Origin: Heterodontus francisci
Taxonomy: Eukaryota
DNA: 64,000 nucleotides
Assembly: GCF_036365525.1 (NCBI RefSeq)
Contig: NC_090417.1
Location: 18,762,900-18,826,899 of the forward strand
Direction of reading: 5' to 3'
Of the stretch, positions 24,542 to 37,249 are shown in pieces. The notes under the pieces are model-generated. The model was not told the origin of the DNA. It saw nothing but the letters and a program-made list of their open reading frames with translations, and searched no databases. Each line of letters opens with the position of its first letter. Position 1 is the first letter of the stretch. Both the position numbers and the translations under genes were made by a program.

Positions 24542-24900
24542 GTTTAGTTTAGTTTAGTTTAGAGATACAGCACTGAAACAGGCCCTTCGGCCCACCGAGT
24601 CTGTGCTGACCATCAACCACCCATTTATACTAATCCTACACTAATCCCATATTCCTACCACATCCCCACCTGTCCCTATATTTTCCCTACCACCTCCCTA
24701 TACTAGGGGCAATTTCTAATTGCCAATTTACCTATCAGCCTGCAAGTCTTTGGCATGTGGGAGGAAACCGGAGCACCCGGAGGAAACCCACGCAGACACA
24801 GGGAGAACTTGCAAACTCCACACAGGCAGTACCCGGAATTGAACCCGGGTCCCTGGAGCTGTGAGGCTGCGGTGCTAACCACTGCGCCACTGTGCCGCCC
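24542..24900 (-). mobile_element. Full-length HE1-type V-SINE
   Basis: tRNA head GGGCGGCACAGTGGCGCAGTGGTTAGC, V-domain GGGTTTCCTCCGGGTGCTCCGGTTTCCTCCCACA, (CTAAA)n tail. Confidence 0.9.
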
Positions 24901-26159
24901 TCGGTGTTTAGGAAAGCATAGAAACAGAGAAAATAGGAGCTGGAGTAGGGCATTCGGCCTTTCGAGCCTGCTCCGCCATTCATTATGATCATGGCTGATC
25001 ATCCAACTCAGTAACATGTTCTGGATTTCCCCTCCCCCCCCATATCCTTTGATCCCTTTCACCCCAAGAGCTATATCTAACTCCTTCTTGAAAATATACA
25101 ATGTTAAAGAGAGAGGGGGGGAGAGATACTTGCCTTTGTTAGCCAAGACACAGAATACAAGAGCAGGGAGGTTATGATGGATCTGTATAAAACGCTAGTT
25201 AGGCCACAGCTGGTGTACTGTGTACAGTTCTGGGAACCACACTATCGGAAGGATGTGATTGCACTGGAGAGGATGCAGAGGAGATTCACCAGGATGTTGC
25301 CTGGGCTGCAGCATTTCAGCTATGAAGAGAGACTGGATAGGCTGGGGTTGTTTTCCTCAGAGCAGAGAAGGCTGAGGGGGGACATGATTGAGGTATACAA
25401 AATTATGAGGGGCTTTGATAGGTTAGATAGGAAGGAACTTTTTCCCTTAGCGGGGGATTCAGTAACCATGGGCATAGATTTAAGGTCAGGGGCAGGAGGT
25501 TTAGAGGGGTTTTGAGGAAAAAGCTTTTCACTCAGAGGTGGTTGCAATCTGGAACACACTGCCTGAAGAGTTGGTAGAGGCAGAAACCCTCAACATTTAC
25601 GAAGTATTTAGATGAGCACTTGAAACACCATCGCATACAAGGTTATGGGCCAAGTGCTGGAAAATGGGGTTAGAATAGTTGGGTGCTTGATAACCGACAC
25701 AGACACGATGGGCCAAAGGGCCTGTTTCTGTGCTGTATAACTCTGTGATTCTATGAACTGGAGGATACGTGTCTGTCACACCAACGTGCTTTGTTGAAGG
25801 ATAATTTTTCTAATCCACTGACTGTAGATCTGAATTTATATTTTTAAAGTAATTTAAAAAGGAACAGCTGAAATGTGACTTTGTTAGTGGCTTAAGGTGG
25901 CCACCTAATGTGCAATACTGTGTCCTATATTGCAAGGCCTGTGGTGGAGACAAAATGTCTGATCATCCCAGCAAGAACCAGGAAATTTTAGCGAACTGCT
26001 TGTTCTCTTTTGCAAGAAGAAATACACTGCCAATGACCATGCTTGAATCACTGGGTGACTATCATGTGACAAGCCCACATCTGTGGTTTTAAGCTGGTTT
26101 TTCTCTACAACAGGTTAAGAAGCATCTGGATTCTGACGCTTGCAGACTTAAGTGGGGGT

Positions 26160-26236
26160 CTCTCTCTGTTTCGCTGTCTCGCTGTCTCTCTGTCTCGCTG
26201 TCTCGCTGTCTCTCTCTCTCTCTCTCTCTCTCTGTC
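26160..26236. repeat. (TC)n / (TCTCGCTG)n compound microsatellite
   Basis: Direct reading. Confidence 0.9.
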
Positions 26237-26600
26237 TGCGATAGCCAAACCAGATAATCTAGTTTGCTGTTTAATGAGGGAGCTCCTCTGCTCTTTTGCA
26301 CCCAATTGAGAGGGCAGCCGGGACCTTGGTTTAATGTGTCATTTGATAGATGGCATCTCTGAGTCCAGCACTCCTTCATTACTGGCAGTGGGAGTGTCAG
26401 CCTGCATTATGAGCTGTGTCTCTGGAGTGGGACTCGAACCCATGATTTTGTGCCTCAGGCAAAAGTACTACTGACTTAACCACGGCTGACAAAAATAATC
26501 CAGAACTGGTCAAAACATAGCACATACGAAACACTGGGATGTTATAAAATGAACTGATAGTGAGTGTGCCTTGTTTCACAGGTGCTGCCCCGTGTACTAC

Positions 26601-26819
26601 ATGTCCGATCGGGCTAGTTTTCCTTGCCGAGGTGGCCTGCCTCGTACAGCTCTCGATCCCCAATTCCCTGGACCTTGGCAGCAGCCAGTGCCAGTATCGG
26701 GAGCAGACTTGGCGCGAGGGAGAACGTTTCCAAGTCTACGACCCCCGAGGTCCGAGTCAGTGCAATATGTCCCACAGCAAGCCGTGCAGCTCCCAGCAAA
26801 TCCCGGACTGAGCTATCTG
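26601..26819 (+). CDS. PIWIL2: PIWIL2 exon 2 coding part (MSDRASFPCRGG...PGLSYL); acceptor before 26582
   Basis: tttcacAG acceptor, GTACGT donor, phase 0 into next exon; low-complexity N-terminus. Confidence 0.75.
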
Positions 26820-27231
26820 GTACGTGTGGTACACTGTTAGGAAAAAGGCTGTAAGTAGCTCGCAGATCTCTTCAAAATCTGAATGTTTCAGTTCAAATTT
26901 TCTGCGCAACACCCTTGTAAGGATATGGTGTCAACCTGTGTCATGTGATGAATCTATTAATGTGCAATAGGTCCCTTTTCAGGTCCCAAGTCCAGTTGAA
27001 CACATTCCTGAGATTTTGAAGTTAAATTGATGATTCCCAAGGATATCTTAAGATAACTGTCGAAGTCGAAAGCTTTCCACTTGCCGAGTTTACACCTGTT
27101 AGTGTGTTTCAAGTGCATGTCTGCCTGTTCAGATCTCTAAAACAATACCAATATAGCTGAATAATGTTTTTGACATTTTCCCCCATTATTTCAGAGTTCA
27201 ATATTATTAGGAAATGGAAGCTAAACATGGT

Positions 27232-27335
27232 TCCAGTTCCGATGAAGGGTCACTGACCCGAAACGTTAACTCTGCTTCTCTTTCCACAGATGCTGCCAGA
27301 CCTGCTGAGTGGTTCCAGCATTTCTTGTTTTTATT
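27232..27335 (+). mobile_element. Penelope-type terminal repeat with minimal hammerhead-ribozyme motif (related copies 15826-15925 -, 35357-35458 -, 52352-52544)
   Basis: AGTT-CCGATGAA-GGGTCA-C-TGACCC-GAAACGTT-AACT. Confidence 0.65.
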
Positions 27336-28549
27336 TATGGTTTCAGTAAAGCTCACGAAGTTACTGACTTGTCCTTGGAAACTGTGCAGAGCTCAAGAAT
27401 ATCAGTGGCTTTCCAGAAAAAAAAGTCAGTGAAAATATTCAATGGTGCAGAAGACAATGATAGCTTCTAGATGAGTTTAACAATGTGTAAAATGACATGG
27501 CTGTAAGAAAGAACAGAATGTGAATTTATATCGCACTTTACACGACCTCGTGACATTCCAAAGTGCTTTACAGGCAATTAAGCACGAATGAAATGCAGTC
27601 ACTCTTGTAATGTAGCTAAGATGGGAGGTCAGGGTCCGCTGTAGTAGGCATTGTAAGTCGCCTGTTGGAAGGATGGAGCCCAATAAAGCGAACAGCCTTA
27701 AGACTTCATGTACTGCTTGCTCTTCGTACCAGTGTATATTCTGCAGTGCCTGCTACACACCATCAGAGGGTGGCATCTGCAGGGCCAAACAGCAACGTGT
27801 AGTTTTGGCATTTTAAATCTTAGAATATCTCTCTCCAATTTAGAGAAGGGCGTTTACTTTTAGGTGGGGTAGGTCAGGTAACTGCGATTGTACATGGCTA
27901 TTTTTATGTGGGCAGTCCAAGCCGAGTCATTGAAACTGATCTGTAAAGACGTGTACCAAAGCTCACGTGATTAACAGTTGAACGTTGCTGTTAAATCTCT
28001 ATCTTTGAGCGATACGCAATTTCCGCAATCTAATAATGGTCAGACATTGTTCAAAGTCGAGTAGTGATAGCTTTGTATTTCATAAACCTTAGAATGAAGA
28101 AAGTGTGACACAATTTGGTCTCCTCCTGTTCTGTATAATTCCATTCAGCCCAGCATGCTTGTGCTGGCTCTTTGAAAGAGCTATCCAATTAGTCTCACTC
28201 CCTTGCTCTTTCCTGTACGCCTGAAAATGTTTTCTCATCAAGAATTCATCTAATTCCCTTCCCCTCCAACACGTACCAGCCTTGGCCAAGCTGGGACCTT
28301 TGGAGTTGCATTCATCATGGGTATGTGCTCCTTATGAAGAGCCATATGTTGACTTCTTATTGTTTTCCGCGATAACTGGCTTTTTTATTTGCCTTTTTTA
28401 TGAAGTAGGTGTTTTATTTTGCCTGTACTTTTCCCCCCCCATGCTCACCAGCCTGGAAATGTTATTGAGAATCTGTTACCAGGTGTCCTTTGCATGCTGC
28501 TGTATGCTGGCTGATGCTGAAGAGGTCCCTGACCACACAACATAAACCG

Positions 28550-28935
28550 CCTTACTCTGTGACAGCACACAACTTGAACCCATAATCCAGGCTGACACTC
28601 CAAGTGCAGTGCGGAGGGAGTGCTGCTCTGGTGGAGGCTCTGACTTTCAGATGTCATGTTAAACCGAGGTCCCTCATATGCCCTGCTGTCTGCCGCCTCA
28701 GATCGCGTTCTTTATGGTGTCCTGGCCAATATTTACCCTTCGACCAACGTCGCAGAAAAACAGACGACCGAATCAATTAACTCACGGATGTGTTTGAGAT
28801 CCTGCTGTGTACAAATTGGTTGCCGTGTTTCCAACATTACAACAGTGACTTCATTGGCTGTCGATCACTTTGAGATGCTCTGAAGTCGGAACCAGCATTG
28901 TAAGGTGAAAGATGGTATAAATGCAAGGTTTACCT
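28550..28935 (+). mobile_element. Deu-domain (SacSINE1-like) SINE, near full length
   Basis: ggtgtcctggccaatattta...caaattgg.tgcc core shared with other copies. Confidence 0.7.
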
Positions 28936-28959
28936 TTCTAACTGTCTTTGTTTTCTCAG

Positions 28960-29041
28960 CCACTGGGTCGTTCAGCCGGGCTGGTCCGAGGTCTTGCCTC
29001 GCTACCGCAGTTCGAAACGTATGGACGAGGAGATCACTTCG
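28960..29041 (+). CDS. PIWIL2: PIWIL2 exon 3 (PLGRSAGLVRGLASLPQFETYGRGDHF), GC donor
   Basis: Strong pyrimidine tract plus cAG; G|GCAAGT donor gives the phase 1 needed by exon 4. Confidence 0.75.
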
Positions 29042-30029
29042 GCAAGTGGATTTGTGCTGGAGTCCAGATAAGAATTATCCCCAGATATTTGACCCTGCCT
29101 TATTGACATCCTGCAGAACTGTTGGCTGCTGCTCGCCAGTTCACTTCTGGCCTTGAATTGTTCCCTTTGTTCTTCCCCTGTCACACACTGGCTTTGGGTG
29201 GTGCACCTCCCATCATTGGGAAGGCAGGACAGTCAGCTGACTTAGCTGGATTGGTTCAATAGTGGCAGAGGGAGAGACCCGGAGTCAAGATGTACTTCAG
29301 AGCCCTTGCAGTGTGGTGTGATCAGGAGCTCAGTGGGTGTGGGGACACAAGTTTCTCTCCCCCTTCTCTGCTTGTACCTAACACTGTGTCACATAGGATT
29401 TACATTTAAGAATGTTGCCTTCATATACCTTGATTTGGATTTGAAAACTGTTTGACTAATATATAGGGTGCGTAAATATAAGACAGCTGCTAATAAATGA
29501 AATTGGGATTTCAGGAGAATCTTCTTTACCCAGAGACTGGTGAGAATGTTGAACTCGCTAACATGCCGAGTAGTTGAGGTGAATGCCATCGTTGTATTTC
29601 AGGGCAAGTTGGATAAACACGTGAGATTGAAAGAAATAGAACAATACCCTTGAACCCTCTGCACTGTCGTATGTGATGTCGCTGGAAACACCCAGCAAAA
29701 TGTGCAGACTGAACGAGTGTCCATGACTTTGCCAAACACTCTTAGAGCAGGTTGTGCCACAGAGATTACTCGTTAAAATTGGAGGCAAGCTTATGGCATG
29801 GGTAGAAGAATGGGGGTGGGAGGAGGCACAGCGTTGGGATAACTGAGACATTTGGATTGCAAACAAGTAGTGTTTCCCAGCGATCTGTCCTAGGGCTTGT
29901 GATTTTATGTATGAATATCTAATTTATATTTGAATATGGATAGAAATTATCGCAACTAATTATAAATAACCTGGAATTGGGAGTAGAGGGGTGTGTTGTG
30001 AACCTTTTTTTCCTATGTACAATAAGAAT

Positions 30030-30510
30030 ACTTTTACTATTTCGATGGATTTTGAAACCTGTAGGATTCCCTTAAATCCTAGCTGCCAGTCTCTTTTCAT
30101 GCTCTGTCTGCTTCTCTTATTTGCTTTTTCACTTCCTCTCTGGACCTTCTATATTCAGCCTGGTTCTCAATAGTATTTTCTACCTGGTATCTGTCAGCAG
30201 CACACTTTATCTTCTTTATCTTAATCTCTACCTCTTCTGTCACACAGCGAGCTTTGGATTTGTTTACCCTACCTTTCCCCTGCGAGGGAGCATACCTTGT
30301 CTGTACCTGAACTATCTCCTCTTTGAAGGTACCCCATTGTTCAGCCAACCTTTGATTCCCAATTTATTCACCCTAGCTCCGTTCTTACCCCATTGAAGTT
30401 GGCTTTCCCCCAGTTACTACTACTACTTCTGGATTGTTATTCGTCCTTTTCTAAAGTCAGCCTAAACCTTATGATGCAAAGATCACTATCCCCTAAATGA
30501 TGTCCTATTG
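30030..30510 (-). mobile_element. Degraded CR1 ORF2 fragment
   Basis: ORF 30097..30348 EQWGTFKEEIVQVQ. Confidence 0.7.
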
Positions 30511-31203
30511 AGGGGCCATGTGTTTTTCCAACCCATGAGCCTTTAGCATGCTAAGTTGAGAGTATAATTACGAAGGGAGCACAATGGCAGATGGCAATCA
30601 GTCCATATGAGGGAGCAGTGAGAGTAACCAATGAGGAACTCAGTTAAATGAAGCGAGGGCAAAAGAGAGCTCCATCTTGAGAGGTACAGAAAATAAAGGA
30701 AATGGAGTTGTATGGCATGCTGGTGGGATCTTGTTTGGAATACTGCCTCAGACCCAAGCTTCTACTACTAGCTCCTTACAAGCTTCTCAGTGACGAGCAG
30801 CTTTGCAGAGGAAAAAGTGAAAATGACAACAGATGGCTTAGACTAAAGGTGGCAGCCATCATGGGTGCAGGTAGCCATCAATTCTGTGCTCATTTGGAGA
30901 CCTTGTAACCAGCAGCAAGAGCCACAATAATCCTTTCAGTTTGCTTTAGATTCAGCTTCTGTTCCAAGAGCTGGAGTACTTCAACCAACTGTGCTGCCTG
31001 TCAACTAAAATCATCTTGCAATTAATGGGCCAACTCATGCTTTTGTTCTATGGCTCTCTTCCCGCCTAAAGTGTGCCACATAGAATAGAAATGCTTCACG
31101 CTAACAAAAACTTGCATTTATGCAGCACCTTTAATATCCTAAACTGTCCCAACGTGCTTCACGGAGTGGTACAAGACAGAATTTGACACCGAGCTGCATA
31201 AGG

Positions 31204-33865
31204 GGCAATGCAGGGGCGATGCCACATTGGATTTGGAACTGGGTAATGAACCCGGCCAGGTGTTAGATTTAGATGTAGGTGAGCACTTTGGCGATAGTGA
31301 TCACAATTCGGTTAGGTTTACCTTAGCGATGGGCAGGGACAGGTATATACCGCTGGGCAAAAATTATAGCTGGGGGAAAGGAAATTATGATGCGATTAGG
31401 CAAGATTTAGGATGCATAGGATGGGGAAGGAAACTGCAGGGGATGGGCACAATCGAAATGTGGAGCTTATTCAAGGAGCAGCTGCTGCGTGTCCTTGATA
31501 AGTATGTACCTGTGAGGCAGGGAGGAAGTTGTCGAGCGAGGGAGCCGTGGTTTACTAAAGAAGTTGAAGCGCTTGTCAAGAGGAAGAAGAAGGCTTATGT
31601 TAGGATGAGACGTGAAGGCTCAGTTAGGGCGCTTGAGAGTTACAAGCTAGCCAGGAAGGATCTAAAGGGAGAGCAAGGAGAGGACACGAGAAGTCATTGG
31701 CGGATAGGATCAAGGAAAACCCTAAGGCTTTCTATAGGTATATCAGGAATAAAAGAATGACTAGAGTTAGATTAGGGCCAATCAAGGATAGTAGTGGGAA
31801 GTTGTGTGTGGAATCAGAGGAGGTAGGGGAAGTGTTAAATGAATATTTTGCGTCAGTATTTACAGTGGAGCAAGAAAATGTTGTCGAGGAGAATACTGAG
31901 ATTCAGGCTACTAGGCTAGATGGGATTGAGGTTCACAAGGAGGAGGTGTTATCAATTTTGGAAAGTGTGAAAATAGATAAGTCCCCTGGGCCAGATGGAT
32001 TTATCCTAGGATTCTCTGGGAAGCCAGGGAGGAGATTGCAGAGCCTTTGTCCTCGATCTTTATGTCGTCATTGTCGACAGGAATAGTGCCGGAAGACTGG
32101 AGGATAGCGAATGTTGTCCCCTTGTTCAAGAAGGGGAGTAGAGACAGCCCTGGTAATTATTGACCTGTGAGCCTTACTTCGGTTGTGGGTAAAATGTTGG
32201 AAAAGGTTATAAGAGACAGGATTTATAATCATTTTGAAAAGAATAATGTTTAGTTTAGTTTAGAGATACAGCACTGAAACAGGCCCTTCGGCCCACCGAG
32301 TCTGTGCCGACCATAAACCACCCATTTATACTAATCCTACACTAATCCCATATTCCTATCACATCCCCACCTGTCCCTATATATTTCCCTACCACCTACC
32401 TATACTAGGGGCAATTTATAATGGCCAATTAACCTATCAACCTGCAAGTCTTTGGCATGTGGGAGGAAACCGGAGCACCCGGAGGAAACCCACGCAGACA
32501 CAGGGAGAACTTGCAAACTCCGCACAGGCAGTACCCAGAATCGAACCCGGGTCCCTGGAGCTGTGAGGCTGCGGTGCTAACCACTGCGCCACTGTGCCGC
32601 CCAGTTCATTAGAGATAGTCAGCACGGTTTTGTGATGGGTAGGTCATGCCTCACAAACCTTATTGAGTTTTTCGAGAAGGTGACCAAACAGGTGGATGAG
32701 GGTAAAGCAGTGGATGTGGTGGATATGTATTTCAATAAGGCGTTTGATAAGGTTCCCCACGGTAGGCTATTGCAGAAAATACGGAAGTATGGGGTTGAAG
32801 GTGATTTAGAGCTTTGGATCAGAAATTGGCTAGCTGAAAGAAGACAGAGGGTGGTGGTTGATGGCAAATGTTCATCCTGGAGTTTAGTTACTAGTGGTGT
32901 ACCGCAAGGATCTATTTTGGTCCACTGCTGTTTGTCATTTTTATAAATGACCTGGAAGAGGGTGTAGAAGGGTGGGTTAGTAAATTTGCGGATGACACGA
33001 ACGTCGGTGGAGTTGTGGATAGTGCCGAAGATGTTGTAGGGTACAGAGGGACATAGATAGGCTGCAGAGCTGGGCTGAGAGATGTCAAATGGAGTTTAAT
33101 GCGGAAAAGTGCGAGGTGATTCACTTTGGAGGGAGTAACAGGAATGCAGAGTACTGGGCTTATGGGAAGATTCTTGGTAGTGTAGATGAGCAGAGAGATC
33201 TTGGTGTCCAGGTACATAAATTCCTGAAAGTTGCCACCCAGGTTAATAGGGCTGTTAAGAAGGCATATGGTGTGTTAGCTTTTATTAGTAGGGGGATCGA
33301 GTTTCGGAGCCACGAGGTCATGCTGCAGCTGTGCAAAACTCTGGTGAGACCGCACCTGGAGTATTGCGTGCAGTTCTGGTCACCGCATTATAGGAAGGAT
33401 GTGGAAGCTTTGGAAAGGGTGCAGAGGAGATTTACTGGGATGTTGCCTGGTATGGAGGGAAGGTCTTACGAGGAAAGGCTGAGGGACTTGAGGTTGTTTT
33501 CGTTGGAGAGAAGGAGGAGGAGAGGTGACTTAATAGAGACATATAAGATAATCAGAGGGTTAGATGGGGTGGATAGTGAGAGTCTTTTTCCTCGGATGGT
33601 GATGGCAAACACGAGGGGACATAGCTTTAAGTTGAGGGGTGATAGATATAGGACAGATGTCAGAGGTAGTTTCTTTACTCACAGAGTAGTAGGGGCGTGG
33701 AACGCCCTGCCTGCAACAGTAGTAGACTCGCCAACTTTAAGGGCATTTAAGTGGTCATTGGATAGACATATGGATGAAAATGGAATAGTGTAGGTCAGAT
33801 GGTTTCACAGGTCGACGCAACATCGAGGGCCGAAGGGCCTGTACTGCGCTGTAATGTTCTAATTC
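31204..33865 (+). mobile_element. CR1 LINE, 5'-truncated, inserted in an L2 3' end (31110-31203 / 33866-33975)
   Basis: ORFs 31227..31760, 31697..32086, 32632..32946, 33089..33793; TAAGG at both junctions. Confidence 0.93.
32248..32602 (-). mobile_element. Full-length HE1-type V-SINE nested in CR1
   Basis: Near identity with 24542-24900. Confidence 0.9.
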
Positions 33866-34088
33866 TAAGGAGACATCAGGACAGGTGACCAAAAGTTTTG
33901 TCAAACAGGTAGATTTTCATGATCATCTTCAAGGAGGATACTGAGGTAGATAGGGTGAGGCGATGCATTCTGGAGCCTCCCTCCATTGACTTGTATATGG
34001 ATCAATGATTTTCCCTTGGTGTTTCACTATTAAATGCTGTTGCTGTCTAGGAGTGTGGCTCTGCTAATCTTGTATTCTTCCCTCACAG

Positions 34089-34215
34089 GAAGAGGACTCT
34101 TGGGTAGAGGAATATCCAGCGACCTGTTCGGAGTGATTAAACATGAAGGGGGTGAGGCAGCCGGCGATGCCTTTCCAACAAGAGCAGCAATGCCATGGAG
34201 CTATGAACAAGGCAG
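34089..34215 (+). CDS. PIWIL2: PIWIL2 exon 4 (GRGLLGRGISSDLFG...)
   Basis: cAG/GTAAG boundaries; GRGxLGRG motif as recalled for PIWIL2. Confidence 0.88.
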
Positions 34216-34269
34216 GTAAGGACAGTTGTAAGACCAGCAATCTGTTCCTGTCACTGAACAAGTATCTAG

Positions 34270-34590
34270 ATGTTAAGTTTCAGTTATTCAGGGCATTGAT
34301 GAGACCACATCTTGAATACTGTGTGCAGTTTTGGTCTCCTTATTTAAGGAAGGATGTAAATGTGGTGGAGGCAGTTCAGAGGAGGTTTATGAGATTGATA
34401 GCTGGAATGAGCAGGTTGTCTTACGAGTAAAGGTTGGATGAACTGAGCTTTATTTCACTGGAGTTTAGAAGAGTGAGGGGAGACTTGATTTAATTATATA
34501 TGATCCTGAACGGTATTGACAAGGTGGATGTGGAGAGGATGTTTCCTCTTGTGGGTGAGTCCAGAATTAGGGGGCACAGTTTGAAAATGG
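34270..34590 (+). mobile_element. CR1 fragment
   Basis: LMRPHLEYCVQFWSPYLRKD. Confidence 0.8.
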
Positions 34591-35599
34591 TCGATTTCTC
34601 CTAATTTGTATGCTTCAGCTACTGAGAGTTGTAGATAGTAGAGTCTCCCATGTCTCATGACACAATGAGGCAACCCATTTCTTCTGTCTGTCCAGACTAA
34701 TTTGATGACATCAGATTATCTCCGTGCCTTTCATCTGTCGTTGATGTTGATATTTTTTTCAGTCGATTGCAGACTTGCCTTGTCTTTGGACTACCTCAGC
34801 AGCCAAACTAATTTTTACCTTCAAAGGGTGTTAGCCTGACTTGTAGCCCCTGAATACCCTTGGATTTCCTTGAGTCTGGCTACTACCAGGAGTAGTACAG
34901 TGCCAGTGCAGCTCAAAGCAGCTTGCAAGCCTTCCCACCATGTCAAGGTTCAGTTCTGAGGGATCTTTGTAGCCACAGACTGAGTTCCAGACAGGCTGCC
35001 TCCTGCTCACATTGCCTGGGTGGGAAAGTTTTTGTTACGTGATTGTAGAAATTGCAGGAACTCCTTTCCCAGCAGGTAGCTGCTTCGCAGAGGTGGGTTG
35101 GACTGTCTGCCCTGCCTACAGGATGAAATGAAGTCCAGCTTCAAGCAGTCGCCCTGTGCAGTGAGACTGCATGGTGGTGCCAAACCAAACGCTGTTCAGT
35201 ACCTGCACCTGCGAAAGATGATGAGAAAAGACTGTTGGGTCGTCTGTGCCGAATGCCCCTTCCCAATGACTGCTATTGCACTAAATCCTGCATTGGGAAC
35301 TCTCTAAGGCAGATTTGGATTAATTTAAGGCAATGAAGGAAGCTCTTGGAGACAAAAAAATAAAAACAGACATTGCTGGAAATACTCAGCAGGTCAGACA
35401 GCATCTGTGTAGAGAGAAGCAGAGTTATCATTTCAGGTCTGTGACCTTTAATCAGTTCTTGAAGACCATGGTTATCCAGGACACGTCACTAGACGTGCAT
35501 AAACTGTGCCGAACCTTCATAGATCCCAGTTTCCTTTGGGGCTTAGAATGTTAACAGCCAGACAAATTTTAAAGGGGACTTGTACTTTGGTACCTATCA

Positions 35600-35831
35600 G
35601 TCGGCTGGCGTGCCTTGTCCCTGCTGGTCGGCTGGCGTGCCTTGTCCCTGCTGGTCGGCTGGCGTGCCTTGTCCCTGCTGGTCGGCTGGCGTGCCTTGTC
35701 CCTGCTGGTCGGCTGGCGTGCCTTGTCCCTGCTGGTCGGCTGGCGTGCCTTGTCCCTGCTGGTCGGCTGGCGTGCCTTGTCCCTGCTGGTCGGCTGGCGT
35801 GCCTTGTCCCTGCTGGTCGGCTGGCGTGCCT
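35600..35831. repeat. 27-bp minisatellite, ~8.6 perfect copies
   Basis: Unit gtcggctggcgtgccttgtccctgctg. Confidence 0.97.
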
Positions 35832-35869
35832 GTTCTCATGGTTGCTCCTTTGTTGGTTTCAGGAAAACA

Positions 35870-36330
35870 TCGGTATTAGGAGCAGGAGTAGGCCACTGGA
35901 GCCTCCTCCGCCATTCCACAAGATCCTGGCTGATTTGATGGTAACCTCCACTCGATATTCCTGCCTACTCCCGATAACCTTTCCCCCCCTTGCTTATCAA
36001 GAATTCTGTCCACCTCTGCCTTAAAAATATTCAAAGACTCTGCTTCCACTGCCTTTTGAGGAAGAGAATTCCAAAGACCCACGTCCGAGAGAAAAAATTT
36101 CTCATCATCTCTGTCTTAAATGAGCGACGCTTTATTTTTAAACAGTGATCTCTAGTTCTACATTATCCCACAAGAGGAAACATCCTTTCCACATGCACCC
36201 GACCAAGATCCCTCAAGATCGCTCAGGATCTTGTAGGCTTGAATCAAGTTGCCTCCTCTTCTAAATTCCAACCCTTCCTCATAAGACGACCTGCCCATTC
36301 CAATTAGTCAAGTAAACCTTTTCTGAACTG
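35870..36330 (-). mobile_element. CR1 3' fragment (same subfamily as 62825-63310)
   Basis: LWNSLPQKAVEAESLNIFKAEVDR. Confidence 0.85.
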
Positions 36331-37249
36331 CTTCCAAGAAAAACAAAGACTTGCATTTGTACCACACCTTTCACATCCTCAAGAGGTCCCAAAGTGTTTT
36401 CCCACCAATGAGGTACTTTCTGAAGTGTAGTCACTGTTGGAATGTAGGAAACATGGCAGCCAGTTTGCGCATAGCAAGATCCACAAAGAGCAATGTGATG
36501 ATGAGAAAATCTGTTCAGTGATGTTGGTTCAGTGATCAAGGTTGGTCAGGACACCTGAGAGAACTCAAAATCATGCTGAAGAATCTTTGACATCCATCTG
36601 AGAGCAAATAGGGTCTCAAATTATTATTTTTTTTCCACATGAAGGCACCTCTGAGTGCCGTACTTGCTCAGTAGTGCACTGAGGGTGTTGGCCTTGAGTT
36701 TCGAGTTTGGCTTGAAGCCATGATCTTCTGTCTGAGAGAGGTGAGAGTTCAGCCCAGTGAGGTCAGATTGTACACAACTTGGATGTACTGTAGCCAACGT
36801 GTGCTGCTCGGGATTTGTGATTCGCTGTGGTTCGGAGTGAGCGTGAATGCTGCAGAAGCATGGTGGGACAATGCAACAGCATCTCCCTGCAGTGTGAAGG
36901 AAAGTCAGAGTGAGGGTTGTCTGGGGAGACTGTAGACACTTGTGAGCGGCTTGTTAGTTTGGGAGCACTGTCAACATCAGTCCCAGGGCGAAGTGTACGA
37001 AAGGTCTAAAGCTGGTGAATGATTTCATGGGAAAATGACTGAACTTGAAGAACAGAACAGTTCACAACTTAAAACATTTGTGTGCACACATGAGATCATG
37101 CCACAAACTTAAATATAAACTTTAATCAATTGCTGTATTAAGTCTCTCATTCAGTTGTTAGGTGGTGATATTCTATCCCAGTTAGAGAGTTACGTGTATA
37201 ATTTTGCATAATTGTTAGAAACATTGCAATCTTTATGACACATCGTGAT

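Larger units (their letters stand above)
22360..25755 (+). mobile_element. CR1 LINE ORF2 (EN+RT), frameshifted, with nested SINEs and a nested antisense CR1 3' end (~24915-25105)
   Basis: ORFs 22668..23333, 23358..23826, 23823..24305, 25174..25515. Confidence 0.93.

Noticed and set aside
24850-24900. tRNA genes at SINE heads (also ~32600, 55660, 59580, 62120)
   Set aside because: A/B boxes belong to tRNA-derived SINEs; no complete cloverleaf
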